Below are positions 37,777 to 52,030 of a DNA stretch of 64,000 nucleotides, piece after piece. The notes beneath the pieces were generated by a model. That model made no database searches and was not told the origin of the DNA. It saw only the letters and a list, made by a program, of their open reading frames with translations. Source of the DNA: Botryllus schlosseri (taxonomy: Eukaryota). Where the stretch lies: assembly GCA_051294905.1 (NCBI GenBank), contig CM119372.1:36024001-36088000 (forward strand), given 5' to 3'. Both the position numbers and the translations under genes were made by a program. Position 1 is the stretch's first letter. Every line of letters starts with the position of its first letter.

Positions 37777-40700
37777 TCACCGTTATATTTGCGCTTGCGT
37801 GGCGTAGGCAAAATTATGGAGCGTAGGCAAAATTATGGAGGTTAATTTTCTTTGTCAGTAAACTCCTATACTGGAGTTATCGAGTAATTTTTAATTGCAA
37901 GGCGCGTAAACATAGGTCACTTCATCGCATTTTGATCCATCCAAATATTTCGACAAATGCTTGTCAAACTATAATAATTTTATTTGCTCCGGGGTGATTC
38001 TACGACGCTGCTGACAGAAGGCAAACTATTGAAGCGTCCAATTATCAACTTTAAAAAAAACTTGCCCAACTTTTAAACGGGGAAATCGCCCATTTAAAAC
38101 AAAACTGCTTCTTTCATGTGTTTTTTTTTCAGCAGCTCAGAGGAATCGCGGTATAGTTTCGTTGCCCAAAAGTGTTATCCGTAGATTGGCTGTCACCAAC
38201 CACCAAGCTGAACCTTCCTTGCAGGGGTTGACAATAACTTTCCTCCGCGGGCCGAATGAGAAGTAGGAAATGCGTTGGCGGGCCGAGTGATAAAGTTTAG
38301 CTATATTCTCCGGCGGACTTCAATTTTATTTTCAAATTACATTGTAAATAAATGCTGCTCTGTGATTGTGTTGATGTTAGGTAATGAGAAAGTGACGGCT
38401 AATTGAAAAGATTCGTCATCATGATTCGAAACAATGTTAAACATGATACGTTTTTAACTCTCTTTAAACCCCTATCCACATCCTTCTAAAACAGTGGTTC
38501 TCGAACTTTTTAGGCACGTCGTCTCCATTTATGATAGTGAAAAATATCGCGCCGCCTTATCATGATATCACAAAATATTGAAAAGTGCAACACATATGCT
38601 AGCAATCCCAACGGATAGTTTGATGGCATGGTAGGTTATGGCTGTTGATGGGAGAATTCTGAAATATAAAAGTCGGACAATACACAGAGCAATAACTATA
38701 AGCTGGGGGTTTGTCGACTACTATGGTCACTTGCACCAGGTCAATTTCCCCATTTTTATTCCGTAGCTGCCGACTTGTAGCATGGCCCATTTCTGGGCTT
38801 TTATAAGACACCGCTTACACGGATGAGATGTGCAGCTTAAATAGCCTTGATGTTGAGCTAAGCTTGCAGTTTTTCTGAACTTCTCCCTTGATAGACTGTT
38901 TCGTGGTTTTGTCATAAGACCGACTTTAATTAAAATCCTTAATCTCGGTGACATGCTAGGCAAAAAGTAAAAGGACGGGTTTACTCCTAACTCCAGTATA
39001 CAAATATTTATTGCTTTGAAGTCTAAACCTCTTTTTAATTTCAGTTTTCTGCTTTCTTTCTTTTTGGCATGGCCGTTAATCCTTTATGCGTGATAGATAT
39101 GATGAGTCCTGTAGTATAATCGCCAGCAGTGATCGACTTGTTTTACAAAATGGGGATTCGGAAACGTATCACGTTACAATTTGAAACACACACACGTATA
39201 ATGCGTAATGTCGCAACGAAGAAGGTGGCAATCAAGAAGGTTTGAACTACACTATATGGTAAGAGTGGTTTCTTGTGACGTTAAATGCTACTCATTCTCA
39301 TAATGAACAGGCTTCAAAGTAAACGAATTGCCTGTCCATTTGATATAGCCTATGGTTTTAGTCATTCAGAAGGCAAGTTTTATGTTTTGAATTCCGAGCA
39401 ACGTTTCACGGGCCGCACAGAATAACTTCGCGGGCAGTATTAGGCCCGCGGGCCGCACTTTGACCAGGTCTGTTCTATTGCCTTAGTTGAGTTTTCTGGC
39501 AACATCACAAAGGACAAGGAGCAACTGCAATTTACAATTGGAGTTTTTGCTGGCCAACGTTAAAAAGTACACTCGCAACCTGAAGCTCACTTGGCTTTAT
39601 CAATTGATATTGGTCATCATGACACCCCTGTCACTGATCAGTGGGGCAATTATTTTGGACATGTCAATAAAAGTCAATATTCGGTCAAAATGGTAGCGTT
39701 AGGTCAAAAAATGTCAAAATTGAAAACAAAGTAAAAAAAATTTGCAACCTGTATTTCGTTTGTATCGTAGATTGTGCACTGTCGGAGAGCTTATCATTTG
39801 ACATTTTACAGCTTTTAGCCTACTCTATAGGCCTATCGTTGTAGACGGCCCATTGTCTTCTCACTGTGAATCACAAACATTCAAATAACACAAATAGGTC
39901 GACATGGTGGGTGGTATGCTCAACGTACCGCAATATCCTAACCGAATCAAGACTGCGTGGGTATTGCAGGTTCTTATATCGAGAAGCGCCTTATGAAAAA
40001 TTGTGATGTAGACACCATTGTCAGAATGAAGTAACACGGTGTGTCAACAGCAGTCTACGAGCGCACAACTTCAGTGTTGTCCGCCAACAACTGCTACTAT
40101 TGAACGTTCTTTCTCCACTCTTGGCAAGCTAATTAGTAAGAACAGACGCTTTGATGCGTGATGTAACTACTGGAATTCTTCATAGGGCCAGATTTCGTTA
40201 ATATGAAGTTTTTTCAGGCCGAACTAATTAGCCTATTTCGTAAGGACAGACAGTTATAACCATAAATGATGCTAAGTAGAACAATTCTAATATTATGTGG
40301 GAAAATACCTAATTTGCATTGATTTGATCTAAATTATATTTTTTAAGGTCAAAGAATTTCAACATATTGATTTTTTTAGGTCAAAATCTTCCGTTTTTAG
40401 GTCAAAGAATGCGTTACTGATGAGCTTTATTCTTGCGAGGGAATCCTGGCCTAAATCCAAAAGTCGATTTTTAAAGACCACCCCAATATATATTTATAAG
40501 GTATTCGACAATATTAAACTGCCACCGATCTTTTGTTAGATTTGAGAACTTGAAATTCGCTCTGAAACTACTTCAAAAACCTTAAACATCTCATCAAACT
40601 TCACTATCACATCACTTTCAAGAGTTACCATGCTGTAGAAACTCAGCTATTACGTCACACTTCATGTTTATGATAGTGAAACAAATGGCTAGTTGATAAC

Positions 40701-40869
40701 AGTGGGCAACAATTTTGAACAACAAATTTATTGATTTCGATTTGGCACTTGATTAAGGCTAGTTTCGGCGTGCTGATTCCAGAAATGCCACTGGTTTTCT
40801 TCTATCACGTCAGTAGTATAGTAGATCGGTCGCGAACTAACGTTTTTTTGCATGGGCTCTTATGGGCGG

Positions 40870-41218
40870 GGTGGTGACTCGTATTGAAAACCCGGGGTGG
40901 TGACTCGTACTTTCAGACCCCCCTTGTGGTGGTGACTCGTAATGGGTTCTTATGGATGCGGCCGTGATTCGTACTTTCGGGTATAGGCTGCGGCGGTGAC
41001 TCGTATTGAAAACTCGGGGTCGTGACTCGTACTTTCGGGTATAGGCTGCGGCGGTGACTCGTATTGAAAACTCGGGGTCGTGACTCGTACTTTCGGGTAT
41101 AGGCTGTGGCGGTGACTCGTATTGGAAACTCGGGGTCGTGATTCGTACTTTTGGGTATAGGCTGTGGCGGTGACTCGTATTGAAAACTCGGGGTCGTGAA
41201 TCGTACTTTCGGGTATAG
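40870..41218. repeat. Left subterminal minisatellite, 58-bp unit
   Basis: GTATAGGCTG.GGCGGTGACTCGTATTGAAAACTCGGGGTCGTGACTCGTACTTTCGG starts at 40981, 41039, 41097 and ~41155, with partial copies upstream. Confidence 0.92.
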
Positions 41219-44200
41219 TCAACTCTCGCGCTGTGTTGAAGAAGTATCAGGAATAGTAAATAGTCACGTGATTGATTCTTAGTTAATGTGTATATTACAA
41301 ATTATTAAATATGACCGATTCGAGTTAATCTCAACGTTTGCGGTGAATGCGACTTCGATATATCGTTATTCTTATGGGCGCCGCGATGATTCGTACTTTC
41401 GTTGATAGAATGCTAGCGGCATGTCGTACTTTCACCAAAAAGGGTGTGACATAGTTTGCTAAATCTAGGAATCAGTCGCTTGGTAATTAGTTTACCACGG
41501 AACCGGTGTAGACGGCGATTCTAATACCAACAATAGCCGCGTTCACATATTAACACTCCAAATAGGTGTGAAATAGTTTGCAAACCCTGCGCTCGCTGAC
41601 AAGATAATGTCTCAGACATACGCGACTTGATGTTACAGGCATATCGATCGCTCACGCGGTGAAATTTTCGTAAGCAGTTTGACACAGAGCTTGATTTCGC
41701 TCGTACGATTTAATAAGTAACGAATAACAGACCGCCAGTGTCGGTAACTTGAATAGCGACAAATTGTCACTTATTTCCGCTCTAACCCTAATCCTTTGTG
41801 AAGTGAACGCTTATTCAAAAGGGTGTGATATCATTTTAAAATCCTACGACACTCACAGGGTAATGCTTCAGACAAAGCGATCCCTCATGCCCGCTCACAA
41901 GGTAATATTTCCGTAATTAGTTTGTCACAGAGTCGTCGCAGACGGTGATTCGTAAACCAACAATTTGACACTTTCTGGTATGGTCGCTATATGTTTTTGA
42001 CACTTTGTCCGTGTTTGACTTTATTGTATGATAAGAATCATGCGAATATTCAAGCAATGTATCAATTGAATGAAATGAAACTCACTACACAGCTCAAGTT
42101 GATTCGTATTTGAATGTGTTGATCCGGTACAATTCTAATTAATTTGAGAAATCTTTTTAACGTGATCTTCTGATTCGACCGTAACCTGAATATTACTGAC
42201 GCCGACTTTCAGTCACATTGAATTATTCACACATTCCACGCCGCTGTTTTAACAGTTATAGAATCAATACCAACTATCTCTAACCCGATAATATTCAATC
42301 ATTTCGGTAATTTACCAACTTTAAATCCATTCGCGAATGTACTAAAGGTAAATCCAAATAATCCAAAATGAAATATTTGGACTTTGACATAGTCTGAATT
42401 GAAATAGATTGACAAACATGACTACCAACTTTCCCGCAGGTCCATTTCGATATTATATGCACATTGATTTGAAACAAGTAATGAAACATTGCAACTCTAT
42501 TCGCGATCCCGCTTTCCGTTTGTCAAAGAGATATTTTAACATCTTACCATACTCAAAAGAATTCTTCACAACATTAACAATTGTTAAAAATCTAGTTTTC
42601 ACTTACTTGATTATATCACTACAACTCACAAACTTGAATTAATTCATCCTGGCTGTATTCGTATGATCGGTCTTTTTTATTCGATTGTAAAGGTCGTTAC
42701 TATTCTGAAGACAAAGTATTTACTAATCGGTACATATACGATTTGACTTGGACATATTATATTTTGAGTATACGAGATTTGAATGTCCGAACAATAACTG
42801 AGAATTAATTTATCACAATTAAATCCGTATATTACAGCGTAAAAGATATTGGGGTGTCAGCAACTCTGTACGGTCGTAGTTACAACCACATTAACTAATC
42901 TACCCAGGCAACTCGTCACGATCATTCCTGAAATCAACACAAACACGACCACTGACTTGAGTTAACCACGAAACAGCATCAAGTTTTAAATCCGCTTGCA
43001 GCTGACGGATTATTCGAATGCATCGATGGAGAATATTATTGAACTCGTCGGTATTGTTACTTCAACAAATTACACCGACTGCGAAAGTTAATATCGAATG
43101 GTAAGACTTGATCACATATTTGTTGATCACAGACATGACAAAAAAAACATTACCGAGATATTATAAACTAGTCATATTACTCTACACATCTATCAATATC
43201 AAAATGCGAGTCATCCAATTTTTCTACTAAAGTAACATTGCACTTTCGGATTCGGTATAGTCATACAAATTGTATTAAATCCAACATCAAAACAAAAGGA
43301 TTTTTTTTTTAGTTTATTGAAATCAAATCATTCGTCTTCGACTTGTGCTTTTCTAGATTGCACGCAACAATTCGTTACGAATGAGCTGTAACCAAAGTTA
43401 AGAATTCTTTGTGTCCACAGATATAGAAGATGAATATAGCTAACACAATCACGAATCGACGTTTCAGAGTATTTCGCGGATGTAATAAACTTGTTAGTGT
43501 CGCCTATCTAAAAGTATGCATGCGTTCGATTTCCATACCGACTGTTGCGATGTTTAGGATTCGCTTACAATGACCAAGAGTGAGGATTTAACATCAATGT
43601 CGTTACTGGAGGTATTCACAACAGAGAATCGAAACATTACACAGTGTGAAAATATATCTTTGATATCAAAGCACTATCCCAAGTACACGATTAATACTCA
43701 ACTCCGTTCACACTTTCTATAGAACGTGCTAAATGTAAAATATCACGAGGTTGCACTCTAAGACTTTGATCATTACAAAAGTAAATTGAATATGTTTGCT
43801 CGACGCATTCAATTCAACTAGAAATGTCTAGGGCACAACAATCGTAATATTAAGGAAGTACTTGCTACACTGTAATTCACTTAACGTGTTTTGCATTGTT
43901 GTTCATTTGTAGTATTGATTGTTTTTGAACCCCCAAATAATAATTCCCGACATGAAACCAAACCGCTGAAAGTCGTTACCAACACAAAGAAACACTTTGT
44001 ACGATGTTTGCCAAATGTATCCTATATGGTTAGGTGTACTAGAATTATTTGTGTAACACATACACCGACAATGTAATCGAAAATTTTTCCGTTGTCACTC
44101 GCTAAAGTAAATGTCATCACAATACTCTGTCACTAAAGATCTTACTTGTATCTGATTGAATCACCGATAATTAACTCGCTAAATCAAACCATAAGGAAAT

Positions 44201-45945
44201 TTCACTCACTCATCAGATATGAAACAGCATCGCTTAATCGGTGTAGATCGTTTTTCTAAATGCAAATCATACCTGACCAACAGAAAACAATTTTCACTCA
44301 CCTTGTAATGAAACCAAGTGGTGGACCTTCGTTCAATATTTTGTTTGTGTCAAATACTTTGCAATAAACACAGTGGAGTGGTCGAGCTTTACATCAGCAG
44401 ACTGTAATCTGTAAATCAAGCTTACATCCGACTTGTAACTGTATCGTTTACCTAACCGAGTTGTATGCACAGTTTGATATTTTTTGTTATTTGGTAATTG
44501 CTGAATATACTACTTCGAAATACTCCCTTGAACGTAATTTCCATCATCGTAATAATCGAAGTACATTTGTGTCGAATTCGTAACAGCCGACTATGACATG
44601 ATAAATTTTTGACAAGTTATGCTTGGAAGATTGGTTGTATATCACGAAAAATAATTACCGCTCATACTGATACTGTTATCCATTGTTCGGTATTTTCAAA
44701 CGAGTAAAATTTATTACTTGAGTTACTCCGCTTAATGCAAATGTAAACACAACCGTCTTTCAACATCGCAAAGACATCGATACAAAGTATACAATCAAAC
44801 GCAACAAGTTTTACTTTTGTAGGTTGTGTATGGTTATCCTGCATAACTCATTTCTTACCAAAGCCATATGAAATATATTCATGTTACACGAAAATATTCA
44901 CTCATGCTACAAACCTGTACAATGATTGGCGGTGCTTTCAAACTGTTTCGATACCTCAAGAACTTTATTGTCTGAATGGTTGTTCATGTATCGTAATAAT
45001 CAAGTAGTTCAACACAGAACTAGTATTAACAGAAACACCAGAGTTGTTTACACAAAAGTTTGTATGTGTACAGTATACGAATACCATGTGTAAGTCCAGC
45101 ACAATTGTGGTATCCATACGAGTTTAGTTAACACAATTTACGACACCGAGGTCGCGTCATCTTTCGTAAGACAACAAACCAAGGCTTCAGGATATGTCCA
45201 TGTCATAGCAATGAATCGGCTACTCCAACAACAGAGTGCATATGTTTTCTAGTTACGGTGCTTACATCTTACACACAAATCAATCTACTTTGCTAACGAA
45301 AAGTGGTGAGTCATCATATGGTTATCCTCACTAGTAAAACATACTATCATACAAAATGGTCGTTATAGTTTGCACACCAACGGTACATCGTACAAGTAAC
45401 AAGTCTCGAGAATCCAGTTATTCAAAAAACGTGAAAGTATTTCTACACCAAGTCGTTATGTTGACGAAAGCGTATATTGTAATACCATGATCGATTTGCA
45501 TTCGTTGGTCACAAACTGTCACTACTCTAAATAATTCTTTTTCACTCAAACACAAACGCATACTTGTCACCATTCGTTTTCATCAAGTACGAGTTCAAGA
45601 AACTTACTACGACATGAATTTTTATTTTTATGTTGTGTAAATAGGTAATAATTAATTCAAGTAACACTATATCAACATCATCGAGTTGTGCTAATAGATT
45701 TACATGCGGTCTTGTGGTTTTCATCGGGACATACAGCACGAACTAACTGTAGACTCCTCTCTGTTGTACAGCTACTCGGTAATCGAAATGCATTAACATG
45801 TAAACAACGATCTTGTTTCGTCACACCAAAAATATGTTCACTGTCGCGATACTCCGCACAAGACGTGCATAGCCTTTGCACACTCGTAATAGTATACCAA
45901 CGTCAAGCGATAACGTTTAACAAGACCAACGACACTGAACCCACG

Positions 45946-46460
45946 ACGTTTACCTATGTAAAATTACCACTTTCACTTGCCAGTCCATCGTTTACCTGAA
46001 TAAACATATTATTTTCCTTTGGAGATCTGATGTTTACCCAGAGTAAGAAACCTTTTTCACTTGGAAATCTATTTTTTCCTTGGCTAACAAACCTTTTTTC
46101 ACTTGTAAATATATTTTTTCCTTGGCTAACAAACCTTTTTTCACTTGGAAATCTATTTTTTCTCTGGTTAACAAACCTTTTTCCCCGGGTAACAAACCTT
46201 TTTCCCTGAGCAACAAGCCATTTTCACTTGGTGGTCCGTCGTTTGCCTGAGTAAAAATATCATTTTCCTTTGGGGATCTGGCGTTTACCCAGTGTAACAA
46301 TACATTTTCGCTTGGAAAAATACTTTTACCTAGAGTAACTAATTATTTTCTCCTGGGTAACAATCCCTTTTCGTCTGGAAACTATCATTTAACTGAGTAC
46401 CAATACCGTTTTCACTTGGAAATACATTTTTCCCTGGGTAACAATACCATTTTCGTTTTG
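45946..46460. repeat. Internal degenerate tandem array (~41-bp unit), left arm
   Basis: Repeated TAACAAACCTTTTTTCACTTGGAAAT; inverted counterpart at 48840-49367. Confidence 0.8.
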
Positions 46461-48839
46461 AAAACTGACAACCACACCGGTCAATTTGATATTTTTGTAT
46501 ATTGTTACAACGAACAGTGACGGAAATATACACAGACTACCGGTTTCAGAGTACACCCCATCGGTCGTATCACGTCAATATCATCGGTTAACCACATACA
46601 ATATACTCTTGTACACCGAAATGCACGCTTTGGAAAATTGGACAATAGGCTGCGATAGTTATGTGATGTCCGGGTTCGTGCTTTAGATTTTCCAGAGTCA
46701 AAATGTCTGAATAAAACACCTCCTCGACGACGGTTGGTATGTGGATAACGGTGTTCGGAAAACGGTTGGATTTATGTCACCCATCGCGATAACAATTCCA
46801 GGTCGAGTTTTCCTCCCGCATGTTTACTATATTGTGTCTTTATTGGTCAATGTATGTCTCGACATTCAGTTTGAAATCGGAAATGATAAAGTATGTAACC
46901 GGATCCGGATATCAACTCTGAATCGATAAACCAATGAACAATATTCAAAGTAAACATGTTACACCCTGTGTTTCCACGAAAAAATACCATCCAGACATAC
47001 GTCGCGCTTGTTTGCCCACACCAGTATACGCGTAAATGGAGGTGTGTGACATTGCATGCAATGTGTTGGTATACAAACATCGATCCACAGACATTATCAT
47101 AGCCGGTAGTTTTGATGTAGATCGAATGTCACCCGATAACAATACCAATAAGCCACATTGCAATGACTCTGAGTCCGCGCTATGACATCGATATTTCGAC
47201 ACCGTTCACTGATTTATTCGATGGTGTTATCGTGTTGTAACATTACAAGATAGTCATGACCCTATCTGCAGACGGACCACCCAGACCAATTGGATACATC
47301 GGTCAATATCCATCGACACCGAAGTTTTCTGCTGAGACTACAGTGTTTGATCTAGGTGAACTATCGAAGTACGGTGCTCGAAATGATTGCGATCAGTCTT
47401 TCAGTCACGATGCATGGATGTCGCTACTCCCACATAACGACTCCAGATAAATATCGTGAACAGTGATTCTGCAAATCTCGGACTGATACTGTGATCCAAT
47501 AAGGTGTGTTTCTGTGAAGACTGCAATCGGACACCACAATAGAACACTACCTCGTGATTTCACACGCAATCATAAAACACACTTTCGTAAGGGTCTAGCT
47601 CGTCCGGTGACATTTCGAAACGGTCGTCACCACAAGAGATCGGGGTTGGTCTCGTCATATCGGAGCATTTTGAAACGACATCGTCACAAGTCTATTGACG
47701 TCGATTCAGTTGGTCATGTCAATCCGTTTCACAATCCACCGTTTTTCAACTCCCCGCACCATAGTGTTACGACACAGACAAGAAGCGTCGGTGGAAATAA
47801 TAAAACACGGAAGGGACACTTTGGTGTTATTTGACATGGGCTTTACACCTGACGAACCTTACATTCGAGCGATGCATTGGAATGCCGCTTGTATTATTGA
47901 CGTAGAAGGAACAGAAATGTATCGATTTATTGGTTTCGTACATATCCAACGAAAATCTGGGTATATGATTCTGCATGGCTCGCATATTCGACTGTGAACG
48001 CTCTATTGGTATATTCTGTATAGTTCACTTTCGCCGTCGTGCGAATAACCCATGTTACGGTTCCATGTTTGTGCGTCTGTATGTCATGCTTCAGATTGAC
48101 TCAGAGTCATTGCAATGTGGTTTATTGGTATTGTTATCGGGTGTGATGACATTCGATCTGCATCAAAATTACCGGCTATGATAATGTCTGTGGATCGAAG
48201 GATTACTCCCCGATGTTTGTATACCAACACATTGCATGCAATGTCACACACCTCCATTTACGCGTATACTGGTGTAGGCAAAGAAGCGCGACGTATGTCT
48301 GGATGGTATTTTTTCGTGGAAACACAGGGTGTGACATGTTTACTTTGAATATTGTTCATTGGTTTATCGATTCAGAGTTGATATCCGGATCCGGTTACAT
48401 ACTTTATCATTTCCGATTTCAAACTGAATGTCGAGACATACATTGACCAATAAAGACACAATATAGCAAACATGCCGGAGGAAAACTCGACCAGGAATTG
48501 TTATCGCGATGGGTGACATAAATCCAACCGTTTTCCGAACACCGTTATCCACATACCAACCGTCGTCGAGGAGGTGTTTTATTCAGACATTTTGACTCTG
48601 GAAAATCCAAAGCACGAACCCGGACATCACAGAACTATCGAGGCCTATTGTCCAAGTTTCCAAAACATGCATTTCAGTGTACAAGAGCATATTTTATGTG
48701 GTTAACCGATGATATTGATGTGATACGACCGATGGGGTATACTCTGAAACCGGTTGTCTGTGTATATTTCCGTCACTGTTTGTTGTAACAATATACAAAA
48801 ATATCAAATTGACCGGTGTGGTTGTCAGTTTTCAAAACG

Positions 48840-49367
48840 AAAATGGTATTGTTACCCAGGGAAAAAATGTATTTCCAAGTGAAAACGGTATTGGTACTCA
48901 GTTAAATGATAGTTTCCAGACGAAAAGGGATTGTTACCCAGGAGAAAATGATTAGTTACTCTAGGTAAAAGTATTTTTCCAAGTGAAAATGTATTGTTAC
49001 ACTGGGTAAACGCCGGATCTCCAAAGGAAAATGATATTTTTACTCGGCTAAACGACGGACCACCAAGTGAGAATGGTTTGTTGCTCAGGGAAAAAAGGTT
49101 TGTTGCTCAGAGAAAAAATATATTTCCAAGTGAAAAAGGTTTGTTACCCAGAGAAAAAATATATTTCCAAGTGAAAAAGGTTTGTTACCAAGAGAAAAAA
49201 TATATTTCCAAGTGAAAAAGGTTTGTTACCCAGAGAAAAAATATATTTCCAAGTGAAAAGGGGTTTGTTACACTGGGTAAACGATAAATCTCCAAAGGAT
49301 AATGGTATTTTAGTTAGGTAACGGTGGACCTCCAAGTGAAAATGATAATTTTACATAGGTAAACGTC
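48840..49367. repeat. Internal tandem array (~41-bp unit), right arm
   Basis: Repeated AGAGAAAAAATATATTTCCAAGTGAAAAAGGTTTGTTACCC. Confidence 0.85.
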
Positions 49368-50434
49368 AGTTGTCCAAACCAGTATGATATCTTGACTTGG
49401 GTAGGTATCTTGTGTTCAACGCTGGTAGTGTGATTGGTCTTGTTAAACGTAGTTGCCGAGTTGTACAATATACTTTTCGTGCGTATACAGTTACGAAGGG
49501 GCGGAAAATGAAATTGCTATTATGATCGTCAGAAGATTGTTGTATGTTGATTTGACAGTAACCCTATCATTCGCATATGACAAACACAATCATGGCCATT
49601 AACTAACTTGCTCGGTCTCGATCAATGTAAAAGAGATGATTAGTTTTTTGAAACCGTAGCGAAGACCACATGTAAATCTATGCGATAGACTTCTATCTCC
49701 TTGCATTCAGTCGTGTCGTATCCATTTTAATACGGTCCCCACATGTATGACATGCACACACTAACGACGTAAACAGAAGTCGATGATTAATAAAAATATT
49801 TCTTGACTACATCGGAATGTCTATGTTGTAGAAAGTGAATACTTTTATGGTGTTGTGTGTTTAATGAAAGCGATTGGTTACAAGTATGTTTTGGCGGAAT
49901 AGAATTTATTTTTCTGTATGTGACAGTTTGTGGGGAAATGAAAATAGATTCATGGTTTTAATTGGATTGCGCTGTTTAATGTACGCTTCAACATGGAGAC
50001 TTGACGCGGAACAACAACTCGATTCACAAAACAATCATTCACTGGTGTGCAGAGGGTTAGGGACATTTTAATACAGCTCCATCTACTGGTTGCTGTGAGG
50101 ATAATCATGTGATGACTCAGCACTTTTCGTTAGCAAAGTTGATTGATCTGTGTGTAAGATTCGAGAGTCGTTACTAGAAAACGTATGTACTCTGTTGTTG
50201 GAGTAGCTGGTTTATTGCTATGACATTGACAGAATCTCGAGAAGTGAGTATGCCCTACATTCACGAAAGTTTACGTGGCTCCGTTGTAATAAATTGGTGT
50301 TAACTAATCTCGGCTGGATACCGCAATTGTGCTGGACTTACACGTGGTATTCGCATACTGCGCACATATAAACTTTTGTGTAAACAACTCTGATGTTACT
50401 GTTGGTACTAGTGCTGTGTTGAACTATTTGGTTC

Positions 50435-50649
50435 TGTGAAACCCTGTTTTTTTTTTATATTTTCCGGTTGGAAAATTGTGTGATTTTCCGCGCGCGTTTC
50501 TTTGTTTCGTTGATCGGTTGTTGGATTTTGGTGGCGGCTGAGTACTGACCAGTTGTTGTTTTAAATAAATATTAATAGGATTATTCGACTGGATTCTTCC
50601 GCTGTGTTAAGTGCAAATCAGCAGTGTGTAATCGAAAAGGGACGCTACA
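50435..50649 (+). repeat. 5' LTR
   Basis: TGTGAAACCC...GACGCTACA; direct repeat of 55916-56130. Confidence 0.97.
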
Positions 50650-50653
50650 ACTT

Positions 50654-50670
50654 TGGCGAGCACGCCAGGA
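50654..50670 (+). promoter_or_regulatory. Primer-binding site, probably tRNA-Arg
   Basis: TGGCGAGCACGCCAGGA, 4 nt after the LTR; resembles the complement of tRNA-Arg(ACG) 3' ends. Confidence 0.75.
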
Positions 50671-50725
50671 CATACTGTACTGATTTGTGCTACTGGAATA
50701 ACGGCGACGCTACGGTACTGACAAA

Positions 50726-52030
50726 ATGACGAAAACCAGGAGTAGAAAGACCAAGCGCGAATCTATTGAGAAGTACGAGGCCACCGATCAGGAACTTGAA
50801 GGACAGTATTCTGCTTTCGTCAGTAGAGCAGTGGGGGAATTGAAGGAATATCTTGACAAAAAGATTGCACTACAAGAAGAAAGGCTGTTGAAAACGGAGG
50901 CTCGACTGAGTAATAGAATTGATGGTCTTGAACAAGGACTAGCCGAGATTATGACTTTCATTCGGACGGTTACCGGCTCTACACTGCCAGCTCAACATGT
51001 CGCTGCTACTACTGAACATGAGTTGGTTGAGGAAGAACAGGAAGTTGTGACCTTGTCAGAGCCGGTTGTTGAAAAATTCCTGGAACCAGTCACTCCGTCA
51101 GCAGGAAAGCCAACCGTAAGTGATGATATTTCTACTGCGAGTAATTTAGCCCCAGTCACGGAGCAACATTTGACCAATAATTCTGGTCGCTGTAGACCTA
51201 AACGACCTCAACCGTTTGATGGAACTAGCTCTTGGAATAGTTATATATGCCATTTTGAAGCGGTGGCCGAGTATAACAGATGGGATGACTATGAAAAGGG
51301 CTACGAGTTAGCAACTTGTATGCTTGGGCAAGCTCTCGACTTACTCTCTGAACTAGCACCCTCAGATCGGAACAACTATACGGTAATTGTGGCGCATATG
51401 CAAAATTTCTTCAATCCCATTGGGGGAGAAATGGCCTACCGAGCGATGTTTGACAATAGGGTACGAAAAAGTACCGAAACTCCCATGGAGTATGGAGCCG
51501 CTTTAAAGTTACTAGCAACAAAAGCATTTCCTTCACTGGATTTGCCTGGGCGAGGCGTGATGTTGAAGACGCAGTTTCTAAGGGGAATTGCTGACTGCGA
51601 AATGCGCAAGCTTGTGGCCATGCAACAGCCGAAGTCGTTAGAAGATGCAATAGCACTCGCCACTCAATACTATTACCTCGACACTATGGACAATAATGTT
51701 AAGAGAGAGGGTAAGCCGCGTGCTGGCATCGCTCCCGTGACTCGAAGCGAACATCATTCCTCGTCGGATGAGTCAACTCCCAAGGTAGATGAGACTCTGA
51801 GTGAACTCAAGGGTTTGCTGCTGAAACTTGTTCAACAGAATACGCCCATCAAACCTTGTCCGATATGTAAACAGCAAGGCCATTGGGCCCGGCAATGCCC
51901 AAATATCCCACCAGGACCTCGCCGTTGCTTCAATTGCCATGAAGAAGGGCATTTTAGGAGGGACTGTCCCAGACATGGTGTTACGACTCCAAAAGACCCT
52001 GCATCAAAAAACTCAACGCAGCAGGCATGA
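50726..52030 (+). CDS. gag: Gag (434 aa)
   Basis: N-terminal coiled-coil-like region, capsid-like PQPFDGTSSW, and two CCHC knuckles (CPICKQQGHWARQC, CFNCHEEGHFRRDC). Confidence 0.95.
   Translation: MTKTRSRKTKRESIEKYEATDQELEGQYSAFVSRAVGELKEYLDKKIALQEERLLKTEARLSNRIDGLEQGLAEIMTFIRTVTGSTLPAQHVAATTEHELVEEEQEVVTLSEPVVEKFLEPVTPSAGKPTVSDDISTASNLAPVTEQHLTNNSGRCRPKRPQPFDGTSSWNSYICHFEAVAEYNRWDDYEKGYELATCMLGQALDLLSELAPSDRNNYTVIVAHMQNFFNPIGGEMAYRAMFDNRVRKSTETPMEYGAALKLLATKAFPSLDLPGRGVMLKTQFLRGIADCEMRKLVAMQQPKSLEDAIALATQYYYLDTMDNNVKREGKPRAGIAPVTRSEHHSSSDESTPKVDETLSELKGLLLKLVQQNTPIKPCPICKQQGHWARQCPNIPPGPRRCFNCHEEGHFRRDCPRHGVTTPKDPASKNSTQQA

Noticed and set aside
38222..39472. Charlie-like MITE spanning this interval
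   Set aside because: The ends look hAT-like but the flanks do not form a TSD, so they may be unrelated fragments.
40870..41218. CRISPR-like appearance and repetitive 90-aa ORF (40950-41222)
   Set aside because: Units are head-to-tail with no unique spacers, there are no cas genes, and the context is eukaryotic. The ORF is a by-product of the minisatellite.
46741..48552. Mirror-image pairs of short ORFs as duplicated genes
   Set aside because: They follow automatically from the inverted repeat and show no recognisable domains.
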